From positions 8,290 to 72,289 of the forward strand of contig CAZUKY010000003.1 in the NCBI GenBank assembly GCA_964621085.1: DNA of 64,000 bases, given 5' to 3'. This stretch comes from an uncultured Gammaproteobacteria bacterium (lineage in GTDB: Bacteria > Patescibacteriota > Patescibacteriia > JACQRZ01). The notes under the pieces are model-generated. The model was given only the letters and a program-made list of their open reading frames with translations, made no database searches and was not told the origin of the DNA. Position 1 is the first letter of the stretch. Every line of letters starts with the position of its first letter. The position numbers and the translations under genes were made by a program. Below, piece by piece: positions 38,781 through 48,154 of this stretch.

Positions 38781-40004
38781 ATGTCTCCAGAGATCAGAAA
38801 ACAGTTCCCGATCCTCGCGCGAAAGATCAACGGCATGCCGCTTTCGTATCTTGATAATGCCTCGACGACGCAGAAACCAAAGCGCATGCTTGATGCGCTT
38901 GTGTCATACTATCGCACCTCAAATGCAAACATTCATCGCGGCATCCATACACTCTCCGAGGAGTCGACGGAACTCTATGAAAAGACGCGCCGCCGCATCG
39001 CCACATTCATCAAAGCCCGGCCCGACGAGATCATCTTTACAAAAAACGCGACCGAGTCGATCAACTGCATTGCAAGCACCTGGGGAGAGGAGAATATCGC
39101 ACGCGGGGACGAGATCCTTGTCACGATTTTGGAGCACCATGCAAACCTGGTGCCGTGGCAGGAGCTTGCCCGCCGAAAACGCGCACGACTCAGGATCGTG
39201 ACCATTCGCCCTGATTTGACGTTCGACGAGGCTGCGTTTGCGCGGCTGCTCTCGCCGCGCACCAAACTGGTGTGCGTCACCGCGGCATCGAATGTTCTTG
39301 GCGTCATGCCGCCACTCACGCGTTTGTTGCGCCTCAGCAAGAAGGCGGGGGCGCGCACGCTTGTCGATGGCGCGCAGAGCGTCGGGCATTGTCCGACGAA
39401 TGTCGCCTCGCTCGGCTGTGATTTTTTCGTGTTTTCGGCGCATAAGATGTACGGCCCGACCGGCGTGGGGGTCTTATTCGTCAAAAAGGATGTGATGGCT
39501 TCTCTCCCGCCCTATCAGTTCGGCGGCGATATGGTCATTTCCGTAAAACCTGAGTCCGCGGTCTATCGTGTCGGTCCCGGCCGTTTCGAGGCAGGCACGC
39601 CCAATATCGCAGACATTGTCGCGTTTCACGCCTCACTCGATTTTCTGGAAGACGTCGGTATGACAGCCGTCCGGGATCATGACCAGAAGCTGCTCGCGTA
39701 CGCGTACGAGCGTTTTTCACGGTATCCGGCAGTCCGTCTCTTCTCATCAGGAGTGCCACGTTCGCCGCATATCGGCGTCCTTTCGTTTGTTGTCGACGGC
39801 ATTCATGCCCATGACATTGCCACTGTCTTCAATAGCGAGGGGGTCGCGATCCGATCGGGACTGCACTGCGCAGAGCCGCTGGTGCATGCGCTGGGCGTAC
39901 CGGCGACCGCACGCATGAGTTTTGGCATCTATAACACCGAAAAAGACATTGACCGCGCAGATAGTGCGCTGAAAAAAACGCTTAAAATTTTCAAGAAAAC
40001 GTAA
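38781..40004 (+). CDS. sufS: cysteine desulfurase SufS (class II aminotransferase fold)
   Basis: PLP-lysine context SAHKMYGPTGVG, catalytic Cys loop RSGLHCAEP, and an N-terminal YLDNASTTQKP. Confidence 0.9.
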   Translation: MSPEIRKQFPILARKINGMPLSYLDNASTTQKPKRMLDALVSYYRTSNANIHRGIHTLSEESTELYEKTRRRIATFIKARPDEIIFTKNATESINCIASTWGEENIARGDEILVTILEHHANLVPWQELARRKRARLRIVTIRPDLTFDEAAFARLLSPRTKLVCVTAASNVLGVMPPLTRLLRLSKKAGARTLVDGAQSVGHCPTNVASLGCDFFVFSAHKMYGPTGVGVLFVKKDVMASLPPYQFGGDMVISVKPESAVYRVGPGRFEAGTPNIADIVAFHASLDFLEDVGMTAVRDHDQKLLAYAYERFSRYPAVRLFSSGVPRSPHIGVLSFVVDGIHAHDIATVFNSEGVAIRSGLHCAEPLVHALGVPATARMSFGIYNTEKDIDRADSALKKTLKIFKKT

Positions 40005-40014
40005 TCTGAGGGGA

Positions 40015-40380
40015 ATGATGGATTTCTACACAGATCACATTTTGGAGCACTACCACGCGCCGCGGCATGCAGGCCGTCTTCTCAATCCGTCAAAGACTAT
40101 AGCGGAGCGCAACCAGTCGTGCGGCGACCAGCTGACGCTTGACGTGCGATTTTCCCGCGGCCGCTGCACCGATATCGCATTCGAGTCGGACGGCTGCGCG
40201 TTGAGCAGGGCGGCCATGTCGTTGCTGTCCGAAAAGGTAAAAGGCGCGTCCAAAAAAAAGATCGCCGCGCTTACGGAGAAGGACGTATTTGATCTGCTGG
40301 GAATTACCGTGAGTCCCGGCAGGACCGCGTGCGCACTGATGGGGCTTGCCGCCGTGCGCCGCGCAATCGCTAACGAATAA
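40015..40380 (+). CDS. sufU: SufU/IscU-like sulfur-transfer scaffold protein
   Basis: NifU-like N-terminal domain with conserved Cys (NQSCGDQLTL, SDGCALS, TACAL). Confidence 0.85.
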   Translation: MMDFYTDHILEHYHAPRHAGRLLNPSKTIAERNQSCGDQLTLDVRFSRGRCTDIAFESDGCALSRAAMSLLSEKVKGASKKKIAALTEKDVFDLLGITVSPGRTACALMGLAAVRRAIANE

Positions 40381-40390
40381 GGCTCTTCCT

Positions 40391-41224
40391 ATGAACGAGA
40401 ACTCTCCACAGCCACTGCCATTCGAACGGATGAGGCTTCGATGGCTTTTTTCCGGATGGTTTTTGGGAACGGTCATACTGAGTTTTGCGCTCGCGCTTTT
40501 TTGGCCGATGGATCTTCACATGAACCTTTTTGTCGTGAGTCTTGGTGAACTCGTCTTCATGATCGGGATCCTCGCGTATTTTCGCCGGAAGGCGGGTCTG
40601 CAACATCGATGTCTTCTCGGCGGCGGCGTGAAGGTCTCCGCACTCTTGTACCTGCCGCTGATCGTGCCGCTCAAGCTTGTTTCTCTTCTTTTTCTCGGTA
40701 TCATCGCGTCGCTGTTTCCCATCAATACGGAGACGCTTGAAGAGTTTTACTTTTGGGAGACAGAGGATCAGCTCGTCCTTCTTTTGGCGATCGGGATCGT
40801 GCTGGCGCCGATTGTTGAGGAGGTTTTATTTCGGGGCTTGCTGTTCCAGCGCCTTGCGGTAAAATGGGGACTCGGGCAGGGGATTGTCGTCTCATCGGTC
40901 ATTTTCGGCCTCTTGCATCTTGATGACTTTATCGGCGCCACACTCATCGGCGTTGCGCTGTGTCTGGTGTATCTTCGTACCCGCTCTCTCTTTGTGCCGA
41001 TGCTCCTTCATTTTTCCTACAACGCGATGAGTCTCTTCTTCACAACCGAACAGGGCAGGAGCTTTTTTCAATCCATTGATCAGATTCCCGATGGCCTTCT
41101 CCTTCTTTTCATCGCCCAGTCGCTTGTGATTGTGGGATGGTTTTTTATCGCACAGTGGCCGCGGAAAGGCGCGACGCTGCCGTATGCTACACACTGCCCC
41201 ATACAAACGGCTCCGCACGCATAA
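40391..41224 (+). CDS. CPBP-family (CAAX) intramembrane metalloprotease
   Basis: Motifs EEVLFRG, FGLLH and HFSYN within a polytopic membrane protein. Confidence 0.8.
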   Translation: MNENSPQPLPFERMRLRWLFSGWFLGTVILSFALALFWPMDLHMNLFVVSLGELVFMIGILAYFRRKAGLQHRCLLGGGVKVSALLYLPLIVPLKLVSLLFLGIIASLFPINTETLEEFYFWETEDQLVLLLAIGIVLAPIVEEVLFRGLLFQRLAVKWGLGQGIVVSSVIFGLLHLDDFIGATLIGVALCLVYLRTRSLFVPMLLHFSYNAMSLFFTTEQGRSFFQSIDQIPDGLLLLFIAQSLVIVGWFFIAQWPRKGATLPYATHCPIQTAPHA

Positions 41225-41255
41225 GAATAGTGCGATGTTTTGAATCTCTTTACCT

Positions 41256-41621
41256 ATGCCCTCAAAGAAACATGCGATCACGCCAACACCCAAAGAAAAA
41301 CGCACGGGTGTTCATTGGGAGCGTCTGAACGCAGTCATAGATCCGGAGTTGGGTGTTGGCATTGTAGATCTTGGTCTTGTGTACGCGGCCCAGATCAAAA
41401 AGGGGCGTGCGACGATCACGATGACGCTCACAAGTATGGGGTGCCCCGCCGGTCCCGAGATCATTCAGCGCATCGAAGAAGAGATGGAAAAAGTCCCAAA
41501 GGTCGCCGAAGTCGTGGTGAATCTCGTATGGGAACCGCTCTGGGGCCCCGACCTGGTTGACCCGGAGATTCGCGATATGATCTTTGGAGGAACCATTTCC
41601 GAGCAGGAATTTCACTCATAA
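41256..41621 (+). CDS. sufT: Fe-S cluster assembly protein SufT (DUF59/MIP18 family)
   Basis: DUF59 core (VIDPELGVGIVDLGLVY..TLTSMGCPAGPEI). Confidence 0.8.
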   Translation: MPSKKHAITPTPKEKRTGVHWERLNAVIDPELGVGIVDLGLVYAAQIKKGRATITMTLTSMGCPAGPEIIQRIEEEMEKVPKVAEVVVNLVWEPLWGPDLVDPEIRDMIFGGTISEQEFHS

Positions 41622-41633
41622 CAATGCACGCAT

Positions 41634-42104
41634 ATGATTACTCTCGGCGCACCGGCTCCCAACTTCACGCTCACCGGCATTCAGGGGGGCGAACAAAAAG
41701 AGTATTCGCTTTCTGATTTCCGAGGAGGATGGGTCGTGCTGTACTTCTATCCAAAGGATGACACACCGGGCTGCACGCAAGAGGCCTGTGAGTTTCGGGA
41801 TCTGTTGCATGTATTTTCCGACCGCAATGCGATGATTCTCGGCATAAGTCGCGATGCGATCGAGGCGCACACGAAATTCATTAAAAAATACGGCCTGCCG
41901 TTTGTCCTTCTTTCCGATCCCGATGAAAAGGTATGCGCATCCTACGGCGTCTTGAAGGAAAAGACGCTCTACGGCAAGAAGTACCTCGCGATCGATCGCA
42001 GCACCTTTCTTATCGATCCGAATGGCGCGCTTCAGGGCGTGTGGCGCAATGTGAAGGTCTCGGGCCATATTCCCGAGGTGCTTTCCTCCATACCGCGATC
42101 ATAG
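41634..42104 (+). CDS. bcp: thioredoxin-dependent peroxiredoxin Bcp
   Basis: PGCT peroxidatic-Cys motif (DDTPGCTQEACEF), AhpC/TSA fold. Confidence 0.88.
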   Translation: MITLGAPAPNFTLTGIQGGEQKEYSLSDFRGGWVVLYFYPKDDTPGCTQEACEFRDLLHVFSDRNAMILGISRDAIEAHTKFIKKYGLPFVLLSDPDEKVCASYGVLKEKTLYGKKYLAIDRSTFLIDPNGALQGVWRNVKVSGHIPEVLSSIPRS

Positions 42105-42115
42105 TGTTACCCTCC

Positions 42116-43879
42116 ATGGACCCGATCGAAGAAATCAAGGCACGGCTCGATATCGTTGAGGTAATCAAGGGATATACCCCGCTTGTTCTTGCCGGCGCCA
42201 ACTACAAGGCGCGCTGCCCGTTCCATCAGGAAAAAACGGGTTCGTTCATGGTGAGTCCATCCAAGCAGATTTGGCACTGCTTCGGGTGCGGGGCTGGCGG
42301 GGATCTTTTCGGCTTTATTATGAAGCAGGAGGGTCTTGAGTTCGGAGAGGCCTTGCGTCTTTTGGCCGATCGGGCAGGCGTGACGTTGTCGGATCGCCAG
42401 TCGTCCTCTGTTGCGCGCGGAGAGAAAAGCCGTCTTGTCGATATGCTCGAACTCGCGGCGAAGTGGTACCATCAAGCGCTTTTGCGCTCGGCTGCCGCCG
42501 AGCGCGCCCGCGAGTACATCCGGACGCGCGGTCTTGACCAGGGCCTTATCGACGAGTTTACGATCGGGTTTGCATTGCCCGAGCGGGAGTCGCTCTCGCA
42601 ATTCCTCTTATCGCGCAAGTTCACTGCCGGCGAGATCATCAATGGCGGCCTTGCGATCAAGAAAGAGTTCGGGTACGGCATTTTCGACCGTTTCCGCAAC
42701 CGGCTCATGATCCCGATTCGGAATGCGCATGGATCCGTTGTCGGCTTTTCCGGGCGCATCATCGATGCGAATGACGAGTCGGCAAAATACATCAACTCCC
42801 CGCAAAGCATTCTCTACGACAAGGGAAAGATTCTCTTCGGGCTGGATATGGCAAAGCAGGAGATCCGGCACAAGGGTTTCGCGATACTTGTTGAGGGACC
42901 GATGGATTTTTTTGCCGTATGGTCCGGAGGCATGAAAAACGTCGTCGCATCTTCGGGTACGGCATTGACGGTGGAGCAGATCGGGTTGCTGAAGCGCTTT
43001 GCGCACTCGCTCTACCTTTGTTTCGATAACGATACCGCCGGCAATCAGGCGGCCTTGCGCGGCATCGAGCTTGCGTTGCGCGAGGGCCTTGATGTCAAAA
43101 TTATCCGCCTGCCCTCCGACGAACGCGGTACGGCGCTGTACAAGGATCCCGATGAGTGTATAAAAAAGGATCCGGCTGCCTGGCAGCAATCCGTCGAACA
43201 CGCCGTCTCATTCGTCGAATTCTATTGCGACGTGGTCGCACCCTTTGCCGCACATGCTGATCCATTCAAGAAAAAGACAGCAGCTCGGCGCGTTCTGGGC
43301 GTCATTCAGCTTATTCCTGACAACCTTGAACGGGATATTTGGGTAAAGTTTGTCGCAGCACGATTCGGGTTTTCCGAGCGGATTCTATGGGATGAGTTGC
43401 GCGCGCTTGATGGGGCGGCATTGCGCGATCGCGCAGGGAGCCAGGTATCCAAAAGCGCGGAGGAGTCGGAGAGCAAGCGACACTCGCCGAGTCGCGACGA
43501 GATCGTTCTGGCACTCATCCTTTCTGCGCCGGAGCGCCGTTCGTTTGCAGCCGACCTCGAACCCGCTGCGTTTGCGCGCGAGGATCATCGTGCAATCTTT
43601 GTCGCCGTGCGCGAGGGGTCTGGCATTCCTTCTGACTTGGCGGCAGAGGCAGCTCGCCTTGAACTTCTGGCATCGCACGCGTACCCGAACGCTGAGAGCG
43701 CCGAACTGGACGCTATCGCGCGCGAATGCGTCATCCTCATGAAGCGTGAGTATCACAAGCAACGGCTGAGCGAGCTGCAGCGTCTGGTGCGGCACGCGGA
43801 AGAAAGCGGTGATGCGGCTGCCGTTGCCTCGTATCTCAAAGAGTTTGCCGAGCTTCAAAAGGCAGAGCCGGGTAATTAA
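42116..43879 (+). CDS. dnaG: DNA primase DnaG
   Basis: Zinc ribbon (CPFHQEKTGSF...HCFGCGAGGD), TOPRIM core (EGPMDF..DND) and a C-terminal helical domain. Start chosen at MDPIEEIK; the track ORF begins further upstream inside bcp. Confidence 0.88.
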   Translation: MDPIEEIKARLDIVEVIKGYTPLVLAGANYKARCPFHQEKTGSFMVSPSKQIWHCFGCGAGGDLFGFIMKQEGLEFGEALRLLADRAGVTLSDRQSSSVARGEKSRLVDMLELAAKWYHQALLRSAAAERAREYIRTRGLDQGLIDEFTIGFALPERESLSQFLLSRKFTAGEIINGGLAIKKEFGYGIFDRFRNRLMIPIRNAHGSVVGFSGRIIDANDESAKYINSPQSILYDKGKILFGLDMAKQEIRHKGFAILVEGPMDFFAVWSGGMKNVVASSGTALTVEQIGLLKRFAHSLYLCFDNDTAGNQAALRGIELALREGLDVKIIRLPSDERGTALYKDPDECIKKDPAAWQQSVEHAVSFVEFYCDVVAPFAAHADPFKKKTAARRVLGVIQLIPDNLERDIWVKFVAARFGFSERILWDELRALDGAALRDRAGSQVSKSAEESESKRHSPSRDEIVLALILSAPERRSFAADLEPAAFAREDHRAIFVAVREGSGIPSDLAAEAARLELLASHAYPNAESAELDAIARECVILMKREYHKQRLSELQRLVRHAEESGDAAAVASYLKEFAELQKAEPGN

Positions 43880-44023
43880 TGCAGTATGCATCTGAATTTT
43901 TCGCGCACTTCTTTCCTCATTTTCGAGATGCATTGTATTTCCGGACCTTTTTGATATGATTCTTTATTATAATGGGGTGACTATGCGTATTTGAAGGTTC
44001 TATTCCTCCAAATCTTTTTAATT

Positions 44024-45349
44024 ATGGCAAAAATACCGATGAAGAAAAAAAAGCCGGCGCGCGCTGTTGCGGCACCAAAGGCGAAAAAGTCTCCCCCGCG
44101 AAAGGCTGCGCCTGTGAAGAAGTCGGTTGCACCCGTCAAAAAGGCTGCGACAAAGAAGCCGGCGAAAGCAGCCGTCAAAAAGGCTCCGGCGCGAAAAGCC
44201 GCCGCACCGAAGAAGGTTGCCGCCCGTCCGGTTGCTCCCGCGCCGCGCGTGAAGCGGGAAAAGGCGCCGTTTCCTGGCCCCGATGTTCTCACTGCCCTGA
44301 TCGCCCGCGGCCGTTCGCGCGGTTTTTTGACGGAGGATGAGGTCCTTCATGCCTTCCCGCACCTCGAGGATTACGGGGAAGAGTACGAGGATTTTCTTGA
44401 CGAGCTTGACCTGCATAGCGTGCAAATCATCGAGCGGCGCAGTGGTCTTCTTGCTCAGCCCGCACCCGAGGTCCCGGCAAAAGGCAAGAAGGCAGAACCG
44501 GCCCATATCGACCTTTCCGATATTTCCGCCGACTCGATCCAGATGTATCTGCGCGAGATCGGAAAAGTTCCGCTCTTGACCGGCGAAGAGGAGATCTCGC
44601 TTGCCAAACGCAAGGACCGAGGAGACAAGGAGGCGGAACGCCGGCTGATCGAGGCGAACTTGCGCCTTGTCGTTTCCATTGCAAAAAAATTCGCGGACAA
44701 GAGCCTTTCCCTGTTGGACCTGATCCAAGAGGGGAATATGGGTCTGTTTCGCGCGGTCCAAAAATTCGATTACCGCAAAGGGTACAAATTTTCTACGTAT
44801 GCGACGTGGTGGATTCGCCAGGCGATCACGCGCGCGCTTGCCGATCAGTCCCGCACCATCCGTATTCCGGTGCACATGGTCGAGACGATCAATCGATTTC
44901 AGGGGATTCAGCGCCAGCTGATTCAAGACCTTGGCCGCGAGCCGCTGCCCGAAGAGATCGCGTCAGAGATGGGCGAGACCATCGACAAGGTGCGCCACAT
45001 CATCAAGATCAATCAGGATACGATCTCGATCGATACCTCGGTCGGCGACGATGACGAAAACAGCACGCTGGTCGACTTCGTGGAAGACGAGCGCACCATG
45101 ACACCAGACCGCGCTGCAGGCCTGCAGATCCTCCGCGAGCGAATGCTTGAGATCGTAAACCTCTTGCATCCCCGCGAACAGAAGATTCTTGAGTGGCGCT
45201 TTGGGCTCGTGGATGGCGTCTCGCATACGCTTGAAGAAGTCGGCAAGGAGTTTGGCGTCACGCGCGAGCGCATCCGGCAGATCGAGGCAAAGGCCTTGGA
45301 GAAGATCAAAAAGCAGTACGGGGTAGAGCGCTTGAAGGATTACATGTAA
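44024..45349 (+). CDS. rpoD: RNA polymerase primary sigma factor (sigma-70) with K/A/P-rich histone-H1-like N-terminal tail
   Basis: Regions 2-4 are clear ([37 protein letters not shown] and C-terminal [19 protein letters not shown]). The N-terminal about 80 aa are AAPKAKK/PVKK repeats. Confidence 0.88.
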   Translation: MAKIPMKKKKPARAVAAPKAKKSPPRKAAPVKKSVAPVKKAATKKPAKAAVKKAPARKAAAPKKVAARPVAPAPRVKREKAPFPGPDVLTALIARGRSRGFLTEDEVLHAFPHLEDYGEEYEDFLDELDLHSVQIIERRSGLLAQPAPEVPAKGKKAEPAHIDLSDISADSIQMYLREIGKVPLLTGEEEISLAKRKDRGDKEAERRLIEANLRLVVSIAKKFADKSLSLLDLIQEGNMGLFRAVQKFDYRKGYKFSTYATWWIRQAITRALADQSRTIRIPVHMVETINRFQGIQRQLIQDLGREPLPEEIASEMGETIDKVRHIIKINQDTISIDTSVGDDDENSTLVDFVEDERTMTPDRAAGLQILRERMLEIVNLLHPREQKILEWRFGLVDGVSHTLEEVGKEFGVTRERIRQIEAKALEKIKKQYGVERLKDYM

Positions 45350-45413
45350 AGCAGCGCTGTAATGAATGCGTCCTGATTTTGTATTCTAAATACTGAATCA
45401 TAATACGCATTCT

Positions 45414-45827
45414 ATGGCACGAGAGCTTGCGCCGCGGGACTTCTTTTCTCGCTGGCCGTCGTTGTTTGACTGGGAGGAGAGCAGGGAGTGGCTTTTGCCA
45501 AAATCTCCCGAGATCACTATTTCAGAAGACGATGAGCGCGTCTATGTGGAAGCGCCCGTTCCCGGCATTGATCCGGACAAGATCGAGGTGACGTTTGACA
45601 AGGGCGTTCTCTCCATTCGCGGCAGCGAAGAAGAAACGGAAGAGGATAAAAAGAAGAAGTATTTCCGCAAGAGCGCTCGCTCGTATTCCTACCGCGTAAC
45701 CGTGCCCGGTGATATCGATCAGGCGCGCGATCCGGAGATCACGTGCAAAGACGGAATCCTTACCGCAACATTTGCCAAAGTGGCGGGCGCAGCAGAGCCA
45801 AAGCGATTGTCGGTAAAGAGGGGCTAA
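45414..45827 (+). CDS. Hsp20/alpha-crystallin-family small heat-shock protein
   Basis: Alpha-crystallin domain pattern (ISEDDERVYVEAPVPGIDPDKIEVTFDKGVLSIRG..GILTATF). Confidence 0.8.
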   Translation: MARELAPRDFFSRWPSLFDWEESREWLLPKSPEITISEDDERVYVEAPVPGIDPDKIEVTFDKGVLSIRGSEEETEEDKKKKYFRKSARSYSYRVTVPGDIDQARDPEITCKDGILTATFAKVAGAAEPKRLSVKRG

Positions 45828-45853
45828 AGAGCAATAAAAAAGCAAGAAACATC

Positions 45854-45882
45854 TTGACCATATGGCATCGGTGTAGTATTAT
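45854..45882 (+). promoter_or_regulatory. sigma70-type promoter TTGACC-N17-TATTAT upstream of tRNA-Asn
   Basis: Near-consensus hexamers with 17 nt spacing, about 70 nt upstream of the tRNA. Confidence 0.55.
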
Positions 45883-45953
45883 GCCAGAGCAATATTGATT
45901 ACTGAGCTCCGCTATAATGAGAAAGACAGCGGAGTTATTCAAAATATTTATAT

Positions 45954-46025
45954 TCCGGGGTAGCTCAGCGGCAGAGCAGTGGACTGTTAATCCATTGGTC
46001 GTGGGTTCGAATCCCACCCCCGGAG
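45954..46025 (+). tRNA. tRNA-Asn (anticodon GTT); CCA not encoded
   Basis: Manual fold: acceptor tccgggg/ccccgga; anticodon stem gtgga/tccat with loop ctGTTaa; T-arm gtgggttcgaatcccac. Confidence 0.85.
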
Positions 46026-46357
46026 GAGAGTAGGTCGTTACGAACTCACGTACCGACCTATTTTCGTTTTGGAAATAAAACAAAATTCACTTTCAAAGGC
46101 ATTGCAAAATATTCTCAAGTGGCAACATTTTATAACTTTGTGAGCATACATGCTCTGGGTTCGAGTCCCACTCGGTACCGGGATCAGAGAGGTCCTTAAC
46201 ATCTTCATTTCGTCCTGTGGCGCGGCTGGCAGCCGATCGATCAAAGTTACGCTATCAGTCAGACGAGTTTGAGTGAGTGGGGTAGTAATTGAGAGTTGCT
46301 TTATGAGTTTATGTGCTGTAAAATCAGTTGGAATTGTAAGAAGCTGTGTAAATATGT

Positions 46358-47224
46358 ATGGCTAAAAAAATAAAAATCGCTTCTGAGCAGGATCAGAAAC
46401 GCATTAGCTTGACTGTTTCAAGGGATGAAGCAGATAAGAAAATCCAGGCTCGAATTGAAGAAGGTGAAAAACTACTTAAGGATCCAATAAACTCTTCAAA
46501 TGATTTGGAAGACAAAAGATTACGATATAATGAATGGTCTGATTACAATTGCGAATTACTGCGCCGCATATTTGATGGTGAACAATTAAGTAGGGAATAT
46601 AATCAAGCCGGATTCGGTGTTTTTAGCATGTCGCCGACATTTAGTGAGAAGATAGAATATGTTCATATTGATATACAGTATTCTCTAAATAAATTGCGTT
46701 CAATATTAAAGCGCCTCGATTTATATCCTGAGCCCAAAGTGATGAAAGAAATAAGTGAATTCAATCAAGGGCAAAGTGAAATTAGTCGAAATATTTTTAT
46801 TGTTCATGGCCTTGATGACGGCATGAAGCAAACCGTCGCTCGATTCATTGAGAAGCTTAAACTCAATCCCATTATATTGCATGAGCAACCAAATGAAGGC
46901 AGGACTCTTATTGAAAAATTTGAAAACTATTCGAAAGTAGGATTTGCTGTCATCATACTCACTCCAGATGATGTTGGTTGTGTAAAAGGCGGAATACTCC
47001 AACCAAGGGCCCGACAAAATGTTGTCTTAGAACTTGGTTATTTTATTGGATTGTTAAAAAGAAAAAATGTTTGCGCTCTTCTTTTTGATGATGTAGAAAT
47101 CCCATCAGATCTAAATGGCATTGTGTACGTCAAAGTAGATGATGCGGGTGGATGGAAATTTAAATTAGCAAGAGAAATAAAATGCGCAGGAATAGATGTT
47201 GATCTCAACATGTTATCTAGTTGA
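46358..47224 (+). CDS. protein with N-terminal helical domain of unknown function and C-terminal TIR-like nucleotide-binding domain (pfam10137 / CAP12-PCTIR type)
   Basis: The C-terminal about 135 aa match the TIR-like pattern: IFIVHGLDDG..VARFIEKLKLNPIILHEQPNEGRTLIEKFE..GFAVIILTPDDVG..RARQNVVLELGYFIG..VCAL..DVEIPSDLNGIVY. The family assignment is from recall, not a search. Confidence 0.65.
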   Translation: MAKKIKIASEQDQKRISLTVSRDEADKKIQARIEEGEKLLKDPINSSNDLEDKRLRYNEWSDYNCELLRRIFDGEQLSREYNQAGFGVFSMSPTFSEKIEYVHIDIQYSLNKLRSILKRLDLYPEPKVMKEISEFNQGQSEISRNIFIVHGLDDGMKQTVARFIEKLKLNPIILHEQPNEGRTLIEKFENYSKVGFAVIILTPDDVGCVKGGILQPRARQNVVLELGYFIGLLKRKNVCALLFDDVEIPSDLNGIVYVKVDDAGGWKFKLAREIKCAGIDVDLNMLSS

Positions 47225-47859
47225 CCATGCTCCTCTTTATCGACGAATCAGGCGATTCGGGATTAAAAATCGAAGAAGGATCCAGTAGGTATTTCACAAT
47301 CGCTCTGGTTTGCTTTGACGATAAAGAAGAGGCACTTGCGTGCGACCAAAGAATCGAGCTTCTCAAGCGCGAGCTTGGCTGGAAGCCAAATGATGAATTT
47401 CACTTTAAAAAGAATTCAGACAAGGTGCGTCGTGCGTTTCTTCAGGCCATTGCCCCGTACAACTTTTTCTACCACGGGATAGTAATAAACAAAGATCTTA
47501 ATAAGCTCTGGGGCGAGGGTTTTCGCGATAAAAAGTCTTTCTACAAATACGCATGCGGGCTCCTGTTTTCAAATGCAAAGGACCAGCTCAAAGATTCAAT
47601 TGTTGTTATCGATGAAAGTGGTAGTCTGGATTTCAAGAAGCAGCTGGGAAGCTATCTCAGACGCGTTATGAATGACGAGAAAAAGATCGCTATCAAGACT
47701 GTGAAGATGCAACGCTCGTCTGGTAACAACCTGCTCCAGCTTGCCGACTATATTGCAGGCGTTATCAATCGGTCGGTTCTGGAAAAGAGAAAGGGAAGCC
47801 AAGAATACCGAAAAATAGTCAGTCATAGAGAAATCCGGGTGCAAATTTGGCCAAAATAA
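47221..47859 (+). CDS. DUF3800-family protein
   Basis: N-terminal LLFIDESGDSG and C-terminal LLQLADYIAGVINR are the two hallmarks of DUF3800. ATGA overlap with the upstream TIR-like gene. Confidence 0.65.
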   Translation: MTMLLFIDESGDSGLKIEEGSSRYFTIALVCFDDKEEALACDQRIELLKRELGWKPNDEFHFKKNSDKVRRAFLQAIAPYNFFYHGIVINKDLNKLWGEGFRDKKSFYKYACGLLFSNAKDQLKDSIVVIDESGSLDFKKQLGSYLRRVMNDEKKIAIKTVKMQRSSGNNLLQLADYIAGVINRSVLEKRKGSQEYRKIVSHREIRVQIWPK

Positions 47860-48154
47860 ATACTCCCGAACCTATCCATTACTGGAACGCGGTGATAAAC
47901 ACCACAATTCGGTCCGAGAGCAATTCCATACTTAGTATAGACGCTCCAGAAGAAAAATCAATACAAACTCTCTCTTTTTATTTAAAATATAAGCATTTTA
48001 GCTATTTTACCATTGACAAACACAGCAATTTATGGTATGCTTGGTTGACGTTCTTTCGAAGAAGTCCTGGCTTTTTTTCGGCTATAAAGCTTAATTTTAG
48101 GTCGAAAGAAGGCTAGGACAGGATTCTAGTCACAGCAAAGAAGGAGGTTTTCAG

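Noticed and set aside
45760-46083. 107-aa minus-strand ORF covering tRNA-Asn
   Set aside because: It reads through a tRNA gene and its promoter, so it is not a plausible CDS.
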